From: Mobula birostris
Taxonomy: Eukaryota
Assembly: GCF_030028105.1 (NCBI RefSeq)
Contig: NC_092390.1
Span: forward strand, 56,588,777 to 56,652,776
Reading direction: 5' to 3'
DNA: 64,000 nt
Part shown: positions 1-11,715 of the stretch, in pieces
Layout of the letters: every line of letters begins with the position of its first letter
Numbering within the stretch: position 1 is the first letter of the stretch
Notes under the pieces: generated by a model
The model's input: the letters and a program-made list of their open reading frames with translations, nothing else
Database searches by the model: none
What the model was told of the DNA's origin: nothing
Position numbers and translations under genes: made by a program

Positions 1-699
1 CCCTGATTGCAGAAGGGCCTGATTCACATAAATATAGACTTTTTTCCATTCTACAAGTGATACTTTAGTGATTATAATTCCTATCCTTTCACACATACAT
101 ACAGAAAGAGAAGACTTTACTCAACAGGCAGGAAATCTCTCCTCCCTGATGGTAGTAATGAGAAGACAGTACGTCCCAGAAGGTGGGGGTGGGATGGTCC
201 TATGGATGGAATTCTGTCTGGTCCACAACTATAAAATCCCCAAGATCTTCTTTTTTCCATATTCCATAACAGAGTTGGCCTGAATAATTTGACTCACACG
301 CATAAAAAGGTTTCCTACTTCAATGAATATCTCACCAACCCTCTGCTCCACCAAAACTTTTCTCCTGCAATGCTAATTATTTCTGGGAAAGGTTTCCACA
401 GTTGCAACTTGTGTGTGTCACCCAGTGATAGAATTTAGGCAGCAGAGGACTCAAAACCGTAAGACCCAGGAGCTGAATCGGGCCGTTCGGCCCATCAAAA
501 CCTCCTACTAACGGCATGGGAGGAGAACAAATTTGGTAGGATTGGTGTAAAAATAGATGATTAGTGATCAGTATCGTTTCAAAGAGTTGAAGGGCCTGTT
601 TCTATGCTGTATGATTCTATTGTTTCTGCATCCTATTAAGGATTCTAAATAGTATCGTCCATCCATCTTTCCTTTTAATATAGAAATGCTTGTAATATA

Positions 700-915
700 A
701 TTCCCGCCGCTGCATATGAGGAGTTCTCCCCGTGACCGCGTGGGTTTTCTCCGGGCGCTCCGGTTTCCTCCCACAGTCCGGTGAGACGTACCGGTTGGTA
801 GGTTCATCAGTCATTGTAAATTGCCGTGATTAGGCTAGGATTAAATCGGGAGATTGCTGGACGGAGTGGTTTGAGGGACCGGAAAGGTTTACACTGCGCT
901 GTATCTCAATAAATT
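700..915 (+). mobile_element. V-SINE (HE1-like); related copies at about 9300-9455, 21705-21985, 38470-38785, 61845-62090
   Basis: V-domain core GTGGGTTTTCTCCGGGCGCTCCGGTTTCCTCCCACA and an A-rich tail, repeated across the window. Confidence 0.8.
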
Positions 916-2879
916 TAAAAAAATACTCCAGTAGAATACTTTTACACTATATAACGACTTTCCATGGAGGCAAAACAATGATATATTTGCATGGATACAA
1001 CGCACTGTATTAATATGGATACAATTTAATATTGTATATAGCCCTGGAAGCAATAAATGCATCACCGCCGTATGCCGAACAATTTATTTCACTTACTTTC
1101 CAAAGTATAATCGTTTAACTATTTCTCAATATAATATTTTATGTAATATGACATAATGTAAGTGAAATCACGTCCAGAAATGCTACGGTGGAATCACTAT
1201 TTTCTACGTGGAACAAACAAAAAAAAAATGAAGATTATATTAAGGAGAGTAGGGGCTGAAATCCGACAACCTGTACTCCGAACTGACCGCACATCGTGTT
1301 TTTTTTTACTTGTATACCTGCCGCATGCAAATACAATGTAATATTCACGCTGTCGCTTATAACGCTGCAAAAGCAGAAACGTGCGTAAAAGCTCCCGTCC
1401 CTCCGGTCTCCATCGCAGCTTCCGGAGACCTGTGCCATCTAACGTCAGATACAGAAAATGTAATGTGCTAAAATGTGTGAATAAAAAACGTAACAGACGG
1501 GCTTTTCTTCTTCGGCAACTCGGGTTCTGCTCACGCCAATTATTTCCTGTCCAATCTTAGATACACAAAGCTCTACGTATTTACAAATAGCGAAAAAAAA
1601 GACATTCAGACGAAGGGATGTACAAAAAACCTCCTCAATATTCACATAAAAATGTTGTACTTTCACGCAAATGTTCATATCTCAAGGCCAGATCACACTG
1701 AAAGGGAAATAACTGCAAATCGTTTAACCATCGTCCCATTCAGAATTACATACAATATCTTGAATTTTTTTTAAAAAATCTTTACATCTCAGACACAGCA
1801 GCTGACGCCAATTTAGATTTGCCTGACGCTTCACTTTTTTAAAATCTATTTTTTTGGAACCCACCAATATGCAGCCCAGCAACTCCCGTCACTTGATTTT
1901 TTAAAAATCCACTCAGAAAGCGGCTAGGTGAGACAGAAAGCCCAAGGGTGACGTCCATCACTAGGTGAACGTGATGTACAGATTTCAATGCAAGTAAACC
2001 ACTTCGCGGCTCACAGACGTACTGCATCTCGTTAAATAAGTAAATCTGTGTTGTTTTAGAAGTCAGTGCAAATATAAATCTTTTTTTTTGTAAACCACTC
2101 ACATTATGGCAATGACCTTTCTTCTCCCACTAACACCTTTTCAACAAAACGGTAAACCGGTTTAATTCGGAACATGCATGCAGTGCAGAAAGCCAAGCGG
2201 GAGCTTCATCGTCCGAATATCCAATTATCAGCCTTTTGAACTGTCCAGCAAATCGATCATTTCCCCACGTAGATAATTCACCCATATCTCTATTCACGGT
2301 GAAGGCTACATTCACACAATCACATATGCCAGCGGAGAAAATATTTCCACTGGCGATATCGCCCGCCGGATGAAAGATGTCAGGGTCTTTCTTAGCACTG
2401 AAGCCCTCCTGAAGCACGATCCGCAAGAAAGATTCTCACACTGCGAAACCAGAACGTGATGCCCATGTACAACATTTCAGTCCAAACAAAAGCTCACAGA
2501 GCAACCCCCCCCCCATCTCTACCTAAAAGATGATTAAAAACGGAGTGAACGGGGTATTTATTGGGGTGGGGGTGGGGGGTACACACCACGAATGTTTGTT
2601 TTGAATAAAAACCAGCCATTGCTGGAAATGCCAGCCTGTCTGCTATTAGCACTAGAAGCTCGCACAGTGAAACATTTACATCTAACCAGGAAATCCCTCA
2701 GCTCCTCAACAAGTCATGAAAAAACAGTGCATTTCAGCTCTTGGTTGCAACAGTAATTCATTTGCTGGCGTTTCTCTTATCCATTCCAGTTTTTTTTTCT
2801 CTCTCTCTCTGTCTCTCACCCCCAAATGTACACCAAAAACCCTCCCAACATCCCCCAGGCTGCTGTTCATTCTCGTTAC

Positions 2880-2931
2880 CTTCTCTGGCTTTTAACAGGA
2901 CCGTGTTGGCCACTATATTCTCCAGCTCCAT
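2880..2931 (-). CDS. GRK5: G protein-coupled receptor kinase 5, first coding exon (gene continues off the left edge)
   Basis: Reverse strand reads ATG GAG CTG GAG AAT ATA GTG GCC AAC ACG GTC CTG TTA AAA GCC AGA GAA G|gtaacg = MELENIVANTVLLKARE(G), the GRK5/GRK6 N-terminus. 52 nt, phase-1 GT donor. GRK5 rather than GRK6 because it is divergent from PRDX3, as in human. Confidence 0.9.
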
Positions 2932-3084
2932 TGACCTGCAGAGATATGTGGCTCAGGAAAAGAAAAGCTCTTCTGCTTCTGACAGCTTCTGTGTTTCTAA
3001 GGTTGCTCGCCGAGCTGGACTTTCTGTCTGGGGCTTCCCCTCGGCGTGTCTCCGCTGTATCGGAGACAGCGAACGCACCGGGAC

Positions 3085-3190
3085 ATCACACACAACACTC
3101 AACACACACACACACACATACACACACATATACACTCACACACACACACTCACACACACACTCTCTCACACACACACACAACACACAGAG
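3085..3190. repeat. Imperfect (CA)n microsatellite upstream of the GRK5 ATG
   Basis: About 100 bp of interrupted CA repeats. Confidence 0.95.
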
Positions 3191-3337
3191 ACAGAGACTG
3201 CGAACGACTCGCCGCCGAACGAAACTCCTTCCTGATGCTGGGCTCCTGCCGGGGTTGTGGTACCCTCCCGTCCTGCAGGGGGAGCTTTAAACGCAAAGCC
3301 TACGTTTCCTCTGCGCAGCTGCTGCCTCCCGCGGCTC

Positions 3338-3355
3338 AATGGGAGCTGTAGTCCC
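3338..3355 (-). promoter_or_regulatory. ZNF143/SBS motif (ACTACAnnTCCCA) in the CpG-rich GRK5 promoter
   Basis: TGGGAGCTGTAGT at 3340-3352 is the reverse complement of ACTACAGCTCCCA; flanked by CpG-rich sequence (about 3000-3420). Confidence 0.6.
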
Positions 3356-3415
3356 TAAGTTACCAAGATTTCTTGCACCGGTAAACGCACGAAACAACAG
3401 TAGGACGTACTCAAC

Positions 3416-4402
3416 CGTCTTGCTAACTATTTATTAGTGTATACAGTATTGCAGAACTGGTTGCCATCATTTTGGGCTTACAGCGGCTGGAGGAAATCTG
3501 TCCTTGCAAAGTTATAATTTGTTCAGATTCTTTTACGATTTTGACTAGTCTTAAAACAGGTCATTCTAGCAATAGGTCAAATTTACTGCCGGAAGCTCTT
3601 CAAACTTTATTTCATATTCAAAGTATTGGTCCATATGTCTTCTTCTTATGGGTCCCTGCACATAGAGGTGTTGAGGGGAATGAGCAGGTTAATAGTTTGG
3701 CCAAAAAAGCTGTTAAAAGTTCATCTGTGGATATAGACCTTCCACTTGGCAAATCAGAAGCCAACGGTTTGGTGGGACTAAGAATTAGGGGATTATGGCA
3801 AGATTTGTGAGATAATGGGCATAAGGGAAGACACCTTTATAGAATACATAGAACTGTTGGATTGACGTGAGAACGGGGTAAAACAAGAAGAGAAAGAATT
3901 GTATTGACTAGACTTAGAATTGGGCATACTATGCTTAATTATTCCTTACATCTTGTAGGAAAACATCACTCTGGGGTGTGTAGGTGTTGTTATCATTATG
4001 AAACAGTTGAACACATTCTTTTACAATGTGAAGCATACCAGGTTGAAAGAAAGCAAGTACAGGCTGCAGTACTAGCTTTGGGGGTTTAAAAACGCAAACA
4101 CGAGGAAATCTGATGCTGCCTGGCCTGCTGCGTTCACCAGCATTTTTTGTGTGTGTAGCTTTGGGGGTTGACAGTTTTCATTTAAAAACTTTACTAAGTT
4201 ATGGAAGTGACTTTAATTTAATTCACAATATTGTTTTACATTATTTATAGGGCTTTTGGGGTAATTTAGTTTTCAGCAGGTAAAGAACTAGTAGGGGTTT
4301 TATTTCCCAACTCTCTACACCATACTCCAGTCCAGTTGGTGGTGGTAATGCACCTTTAAGTTGGACTGCCAACCGTCATTAAAACTCAGAAGGAAAAGAA
4401 GA
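3416..4402 (+). mobile_element. 5'-truncated RNase H-containing LINE (I/Nimb clade), degenerate
   Basis: RNase H motifs CSDS and WVPAHRGVEGNEQVNSLAK, Cys/His motif RLRIGH...CRCC...ETVEHILLQC, GAA-rich tail, 7-bp TSD ACTCAAC at 3409-3415 and 4403-4409. Confidence 0.85.
4087..4155. mobile_element. Tiny Penelope terminal fragment (inverted junction) nested in the LINE
   Basis: 14-bp TSD TAGCTTTGGGGGTT at 4073-4086 and 4156-4169; insert matches Penelope terminal sequence elsewhere (e.g. 35778-35858). Confidence 0.75.
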
Positions 4403-4847
4403 ACTCAACGCTCTACAAGTTATGCGACATCTGTGGAAGAAGAAACAGAAACAAGGTTCTATGTTGAAGAGTGTTCAACAGAACTTTATTGGATGAATAT
4501 ACTCTGCATTCTTAGGAGTTCATCAAGATGGACGACGACTAGCTCCCATTCCATTTCAGCTGTGTGAAATGTCGGTGATGAGGTCAATGTTGGACCCATC
4601 CGCTCCACGATCAGAAAAGGAGCCATTTTGAGCAGATGAACAAGTAGTTGGGGAAGTCGTGACTTACTACTGCTTTTGCTAGGCTTCTGTGTGCTCTAGA
4701 CTCACAGCAGAGATTCTTCATGCTTCCCAAAATTCCTTCTTTATTTTGAATAGCCATGGCGCAAGGATTCCACGAAGTATGTGAGTATGTTGTATGTATT
4801 TCAGGGAAGTGCTTTTTTTAACCTCCCCACCAATTAATCTCTTGTCA

Positions 4848-5372
4848 TGTCAGGGTCACAAACAAACTCAGGTGCAGGAATCACAGAGACTTCAGCAATT
4901 GAAATAAAACTGAAGATTTATTACAGAAATTAACAAGGAAAAACTAACAAGAGTTCAGGCAAACTGAACAGAATCTTGATGAGCTGAAATCACTCCTGAT
5001 ACACAGAGGAACTCAGTCTGTGTTTCACCCAACAAGGAACCACAATGACCCACCAAAGAGGGGTTTGCATGTCCTTCTGGAATACTCCCTGGGGCACATA
5101 GGAGTTCTGGACATTGACAATACCATGGTAATTAAGTTATCCCAAATTGAATAAATGTGATAAAAACAAAGAGAGTTTAACAATCCCCATGATCCCAAAT
5201 AAGACACCTGCAACACAAAGAGCTAGTCCGAAGACAAACAATTAGACATAAAGGGTAATCAATCCAAGGACAATGCATACACACGAGGTGACATTGAGAG
5301 AGAAAGATAACAGTCCACATACTAACTGACAGAAAAAAATGTTTTTTGAAAAAAGGTTCCCTGGTTGTGACA
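4848..5372 (-). mobile_element. Solo LTR candidate
   Basis: TGTCA...TGACA inverted termini, 5-bp TSD TGTCA (4843-4847, 5373-5377), AATAAA on the minus strand near 4920. Confidence 0.65.
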
Positions 5373-6039
5373 TGTCATGTTAATGTCTTTCTGAAGTCAG
5401 GTGTAAACCCTACCCAGTGGAACTGGCTTGTTATCAATAAGGTTTCAGTGCTGAGGATACTGGCCAGGGGAAGTTGTTCATAGATTCTGCCAGTGGGTTT
5501 GAAGAATTTGAGGAAACAGCTTGATTGTATGCCTCCAGTGTTCTGAGGTGCCTGCTGTAAGTAGTCCAAGATGGAAAAGCACTTAGGAAGACAGGAATAT
5601 TGCCACCTGGTGGGCCATCAGCTTTGAACTAGGTTTCAGGTTATGATCTTAAAACACTCTTTCCCTCAGTCATCAATTGGTGCTCCTCCCATTGACCAAA
5701 GGACTGCTGGCTGAATCCATAATGTGCTTTCCATCCAACAAGAAGCATGTTGAGCAAAATTTTCACCACACAACATTTCAAAAGAAGTCCAAGAAACAGC
5801 ATCAACCATACCTTGTAGCTTTTATGGCATCAATAAAGTACTTGACTCCATTAGTTGAGAGGAACTGTGAAGCATCCTCCTCAAATTCGGCTGGTTGAAG
5901 AAATGTATCAGCATCTTATATTTGCTTCATGGTGGTGTGCTATATGTGATCCTAATGAGTGGGCCACATCAGTTCCAATCTCATTACAGACTGATGTCAA
6001 GCAAGGCCACAGACACACTGTAACACTTTTCACAAGCAG

Positions 6040-7170
6040 TACACACAAAATGCTGGAGGAACTCAGCAGATCAGGCAACATCCAAGGAAATGAACAGTCG
6101 AAATTTCAGGCCGAGACCCTTCCTCAGGACTCTTTTTTTTTCACAATCTTTCTTACCACAGCGCTGCCTCTCAACTCCAACTGAGTTTTTAGTAGAGTGC
6201 AGTTAATATACAGGACAAATTGAAAACTCTTTAACTTACACCTCCACTCCAGTACCATGGTCTTCCCAACCTTCAAGCTTCACTGTGGAGATGTGGCTCG
6301 CAGAAGTTTGCATTCAGAGCAACGACACCTCCATCCTCTTTCTTGATCTTTCTGTCTCTATCTCTGGAGACAGCTTATCTACTGATGTCTACTATAAGCC
6401 TACGGACTCTCACAGCTACTTGGACTATTCCTTGGCAGGAGAAGATGGCGGCGCGACTGCAGCACGTGCAGCCTCTCCAGTGAATGATATCCGTAATCTA
6501 TCAAGTAGGGGACCATGCACACTTCTGATTTGATGGAGACAGATGTGAGAGTACGGAGGAACATCTGGAAAACTTCTGAAATGCCCGCTTCGCTGCCGCT
6601 GCTACTGTGTGGTAACCAGAATCTCTGGAGCAGAAGGCCCCAAATCCTAGGCTTTGCTTGTTTCAGCGGCCAGGGCTAGGTCGAATGCACTCGGCAGAGG
6701 ATGGCGCTCGGGAGTCTGTATCGGAGGGGCTGGTCAGAGGCTCGAAGTTTTCGGCTCAGTGTCGGCTGTGGTCGGCTGCTTCCAAGGCATCGGCAAGTTG
6801 ATGGTGCCTGGAGGTTTATGGTGGGGAGTTTCTCCCTTTTGCTGCCTGCTATCAGGGACTCGGGGGTCGATCGACTCAGGGACTTTGAGACTATTTTTAC
6901 CATGCCCACTGTTTGTTCTTCATCAAATTATGGTATTGCTTTGCACTGCTGTAACTATATGTTATAATTATGTGGTTCTGTCAGTGTTAGTCTTTGGTTT
7001 GTCCTGTTTTCTGTGATATCACTCTGGAGAAACATTGTATCATTTCTTAATGCATGTATGCATTTCTAAATGACAATAAAAGAGGACTGAGTATTCTCAT
7101 AATCTAAATTATTATAAATTATAAATTATTCCTCATCCCACCTTGTCTCTTGAAAAAATGCCGTCCCCTT
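6040..7170. mobile_element. Penelope fragments (terminus with hammerhead motif at 6095-6131; RT fragment 6315-6432) interrupted by a TSD-flanked insertion at 6433-7126
   Basis: FLDLSVSISGDSLSTDVYYKPTDSHSYLDY is a Penelope RT C-terminal motif; the insertion is flanked by TATTCCT (6426-6432, 7127-7133). Confidence 0.75.
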
Positions 7171-7744
7171 CTCGCAAACAGCATCTGCAGATGTTCTCGT
7201 GTTTGCATTCAGAGGCGCAGCTCATTATCAATTCATCCACTGAAGCATGTAAGAACGATTGGCCTTAACATTCCCAGAACAGGAGCTCTATCAATCTGCC
7301 CTGCTGTTCAAAGCTGCCCTCGGAAACTGAAGCTCCATGAAACCCTAATAACCGTGGACTACTTCTCATATCTTACAATTCTCACCAAAGCAAGATATCA
7401 GTGAGGAGATTCATCATAACCTTCAAGGCATCAGCAAAATTACCAGCCATCTGAAGTAAAGAGTATTTTAGATGGTGCACATGCTTTCCCTCCTCATTAT
7501 ATCCAGTGTAAGCATAAACCTTTCAAAATTCTCCTGCTATTGAAGAAACCAAACAATGCTTTATTTACCCATCCTTCTTGCCCTTGCTACCTGATTGGCA
7601 ACTGAACCAGAAAAATCTGTTATTGGTTTTGTTGTTTGGAATCTCTGAAATCCCACCCACCCCATGAACCATTCCTCCATTTCCTGCCTTTAAAGCTTTC
7701 CCAGATTTAATCATCTCACCGTTGATAGGCATGCTTTCAGCTCT

Positions 7745-8155
7745 CTACTGCCCATTACACCGCTGTCGTTTGGGGATCAATGAAGGTCCTCCATCTCTGG
7801 CGGTGTTCTGGGTTTCATTCATCACGTCAGTAGTTTCCTCTCAGTTTTCACTACTGTCAGTCATGCAAGTCCCAGGTGGAGACTCAGGAATACTATCACA
7901 CTCAGATGTAGAATTCTTCTTTGCTGCTTCTGTAACAGTTTTGTTTCACCAGTCAGGGTTGTTAGCCCTGAGCTGAACCCCCGAACTTGAGTGGAACACT
8001 CTTAGACTGTCCTCTACCCTTTGATCTGTTTGGCATGGGTATCCTACCAAGAGCTAAAGCATAAAGCCCCTGACTCCAACTAACATAACCCTCCGGGTCA
8101 CTGAGGGACACAAGCTTCCAAACCACAACAAGGTGGTGATCCTCTTGGAGGGTGC
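7745..8155 (-). mobile_element. Non-autonomous RTE-related short element; second copy at about 28078-28488 (+)
   Basis: Two copies of about 410 bp align in opposite orientation; shared hairpin GGGGGTTCAGCTCAGGGCTAACAACCC resembles RTE 5' regions; no ORF. Confidence 0.6.
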
Positions 8156-8904
8156 CTTCAGCTGCCTAGGTCATAATTTTTAGGATTCTCTTCATATCTT
8201 TTGTGAACTTCAGTTCTGAATGCTATTTGCTTACTTTTATTGTTTGCACGATTTTTCTTTTTTCTCTGCACATTGGGCTCTATTTGGTTTCTTTGTTTTG
8301 TGGCTGTCTGTAGGAAGACAAGTCTCAAGGTTGTATAAAGTATACATACTTTGATAATAAATGTACTTTGAAGTTTGATATCTTTATCTCTCTATTCACC
8401 TTGCATCCTTTAATTTGCACCTTAAAACCTACCTCTCTGACCTGGCTTTTGTACCATGTAAAATGTTGCTTGTTAAAGATGCTGTAAATGCTGTTGAATT
8501 ATGATACAACTATTGAAAACACCAACATCTCTTCATTCAGCTATGAACTTCATTGTCTCACATTAATCTTTCTTCCAGTTCTTCTCTTCCTTGTATACTA
8601 GATATTCATTGTTGCTAATTGCCTGAACCACAGCGGATTCACATTCTCAAATTTCACTGGGTAAAGATGTTTCTTTTCAATTGGATACATTAGTGATTAG
8701 ATGTTATGACTCTAGTATTGGTGCTTTAAAAAGAAAACCTGAAAATCTGGTTTAATTTGAACTTCTAAATTATACTTGAATTTCCTGTATTTCATTCCTA
8801 TCAGAAAATAGTTGCTTCATATATAATTTTGTCAAATTCCTCCACCTTGTGAAGCTCTTCAAAAAAATTAATGTCTTTACCTGCAGAAGATATCAACACA
8901 ACTA

Positions 8905-9270
8905 AAAGTCTAGAGCACTACAGCACAGGAACAGGCACTTTGGCTCATTTAGTCCATGCTGAGCTATTCTGCCAGGTCCTATCAACCAGCAGTGGGACCA
9001 TAACCCTCCGTACCCCTCCCATCCATGTACGTATCCAAACTTCTCTTAAATGTTACAATTGAACCTGCATCCACCATTTCTGCTGGCAGTCTATTTCACA
9101 CCCACACCACACCCCCTGAGTGAAGAAGTTCCCCCCAGGTTCCCTTAAATATTTCACCTTTCACCCTTAAACTATAACCTCTCATTCTAGTCTCACCCAC
9201 ACTCAATGGAAAAGGCCTGCTTGCATTTACCCTATCTATACCCCTCATAATTTTGTATACCTCTATCAAA
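8905..9270 (-). mobile_element. CR1 LINE 3' fragment (similar fragments at about 10945-11150, 13640-14420, 42965-43165, 44730-45090, 47290-47850)
   Basis: Translates LIEVYKIMRGIDRV...TRxRGYSLRVKG, matching the C-terminus of the CR1 ORF at 16781-18103. Confidence 0.8.
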
Positions 9271-9514
9271 TTTATATTGATTATAAATATTTGATATGAT
9301 AGCACAACACTTTACAGTACAAGGGAACCAAGTTCAACTTTCGCCACTGTCTGTAAAGTTTTCTATGTTCTCCTCGTGACTATTTGGGATTACACCGGGT
9401 GCTCCAGTTCCCTCCCACAGTCCAAAGGCCTGATTAATTGATCATTGTAAATTAAATCATTGTAACCACTTGTAGTAACCTGTAAGAGGAATGTAACCTG
9501 TAAGAAGGGTGTAT

Positions 9515-9699
9515 GGGGTGTGAGGGAGGGGTAGCACCTCTGGTGGGGGAACATGTCGCGTCCTTTTCAGGGCAGTTTGTCCACCTTTGGTCCCCACCTG
9601 GCACTCAGCTCTCACCTGTGGCTCCCGGTAGCTGTTTGCACGTGACAGCAGCCATACCCCGGGCAACGGCTTCGACAAGCCGGCTAAACCAGGTGAGGG
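9515..9699 (+). ncRNA. HDV-like self-cleaving ribozyme candidate
   Basis: P1 9515-9521/9654-9660; P2 9609-9618/9690-9699; P3 GGC/GCC; L3 starts TCC; P1.1 CC/GG; P4 CGGCTT/AAGCCG; J4/2 GCTAA with putative catalytic C9684. Confidence 0.7.
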
Positions 9700-10065
9700 T
9701 AGCCGATGGGTCTCAAGCTCTTGGTGAGATAGGGAGTTGTCTATCCCAGCATGTGAAGACAGACTCCAGCGGATCGAGCAGATGAGACCAATGGAAGGTC
9801 CAACGGTCAAGAAGGCGGTCTCTGCAAGCGTTGTGGAACATGTAGAGCAGGACAAGACACAGAAGACATCCTGGTCATCCACTGCGCCTACTCCCATCTC
9901 CAGCGTCTCGACTCTGTCTTGCCACGGGAGCCAGATGGGAATTGGGAAGAGAGAGTGAGGCTGACGCTGAGCAACCCTCCCTCTCCTAAATCCAAATCAC
10001 GCGCTAGTCTCGACACCATCAATAATGGTGTCAAGGTCCTCATCGACATCGACCATGGACGAACA
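9515..10065 (+). mobile_element. About 550-bp GC-rich non-coding retroelement beginning with an HDV-like ribozyme
   Basis: Sharp GC-rich block in AT-rich DNA, no credible ORF, 5' end folds as HDV-like. Confidence 0.6.
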
Positions 10066-10562
10066 TAAATGTAGATATAGATAACACTGAGACCACAGAA
10101 ATCTTTTCGCGTTTCATGAACAAATCTGGAGATTTCCCATGTATTATAAAAACATCAAAAAAGGTCTGGCAAGACTATCTTTCTGTTTTCCCTTGATCTC
10201 CTTTCTCTTCAACTTTAAATTCCTTGAATTAACATCTGAAGTTCAATTGTGTTCTACTATCTTCAATGGCTCATTTGCTGTTTACCTCTTCCACTCTCAA
10301 GCTACACAGGCTGATGTATCAGTGCGTGACAGAACTTGTTCTGAACACACCAGATTCCTAACTTACTAACTTCAAACTGCTCATGTACAAAGTAAAACAA
10401 ACTCATCCCATTCTCAGTTATTAAGGATTGCGTAATTCAATGTAGATTGCGTAAAACTCTCAGAAAACTCAGGTAGCTTCACTCGCAATGTCTATGCTGA
10501 ACATAAACTCAATGCCTTCGGCCTACACACTATCCATATCCACTTATTTAATGCATATTCAT

Positions 10563-10930
10563 TCCTTCGTTATGTGCTGTGTTGAATGACATTGACATAG
10601 GCTATTATGATCTTTCCATAACCATGATTGTTCCTGGCAAATTTTTCTCCAGAAGTGCTTTGCATTGCCTTCTTCTGGGCAGTGTCTATACCCTTCAGAG
10701 ATTGTCTGGCTGGTGCCAGTGGTCACATAACCAGGACTTGAGATGTGCATCAATTGCCCGCAGGACCATACACCACCTGCTCCCATGGCTTCGCGCGGGA
10801 CGTGGGTAGGAGTTGGGGAGGCGGGGGCTAAGCAGGTGCTACACCTTGTCCAAGAGTGACCTGCAGGCTAGTGGAGGGAAGGAGTGCCTTTCACCTCCTT
10901 TGATAGTTGTATCTCCACTCCGCCACCCAG
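10563..10930 (-). mobile_element. About 380-bp SINE-like family with RTE-type 3' part, copy 1 of 5
   Basis: Aligns with 12287-12677, 22278-22660, 34170-34511 and 59045-59416; TSD about AATGCATATTCAT. Confidence 0.8.
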
Positions 10931-11152
10931 AATATATATTCATGTGCCTATATAAAAGTCCCTTAAATCTTACTATCTTATCTCCTTCCACTTCTATGCC
11001 TGGCAGTTCGTTCCTAGTACTACTACTCTCTGTGTAAAAAACTTGACTAGTACATCTCCTTAAGATTATCTCCCTCTTTCCTTAAATGCCTGTTCTCTAG
11101 TATTTGATATTCCGATCCTGGGAAAAAGATTCTGACTGACTACTTTATCTAT

Positions 11153-11715
11153 GAAGAAGAAGAAGAAGAAAGCCCTTAACTCCAGGTGGAATCATCAGGA
11201 CGTCATCATGACAGAGTTTTTTTTAGCAGTCATAAACATAGTCATACTTTATTGATCCCGGGGGAAATTGGCTTTCGTTACAGTTGCACCATAAATAATT
11301 AAATAGTAATAAAACCATAAATAGTTAAATAGTATTACGTAAATTATGCCAGGAAATAAGTCCAGGACCAGCCTATTGGCTCAGGGTGTCTGACCCTCCA
11401 AGGGAGGAGTTGTAAAGTTTGATGGCCACAGGCAGGAATGACTTCCTATGACGCTCTGTGCTGCATCTCAGTGGAATGAGTCTCTGGCTGAATGTACTCC
11501 TGTGCCCAACCAGTACAATTTGTAGTGGATGGGACACATTGTCCAAGATGGCATGCAACTTGGACAGCAGGCTTTCTTACTTTTACGAGGCTGGATTGCT
11601 AGCTCGATGCTCAACCCAGCATGAATGGAAAGTGTGCAAGGGAGCCGGCTGGATTTGAACTCAGGAGCCTTCGCTCTGAAGTCCGGCGGAGATGCCACTC
11701 TGCTACCAGCCGGCC
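11153..11715 (-). mobile_element. tRNA-derived SINE with (TTC)n tail, interrupted by a Rex/Babar 3' fragment (about 11229-11567)
   Basis: Head with A box-like TGGTAGCAGAGTGG and B box GAGTTCAAATCC; insert encodes CSTERHRKSFLPVAIKLYN; second copy of the insert at about 40953-41212 (+). Confidence 0.75.

Noticed and set aside
2741-3351. Overlapping HT-rich ORFs
   Set aside because: Artefacts of the CA microsatellite; the real exon is on the minus strand.
11640-11715. tRNA genes here and at 48120-48195
   Set aside because: A/B boxes run into SINE bodies; no cloverleaf acceptor stem or terminator.
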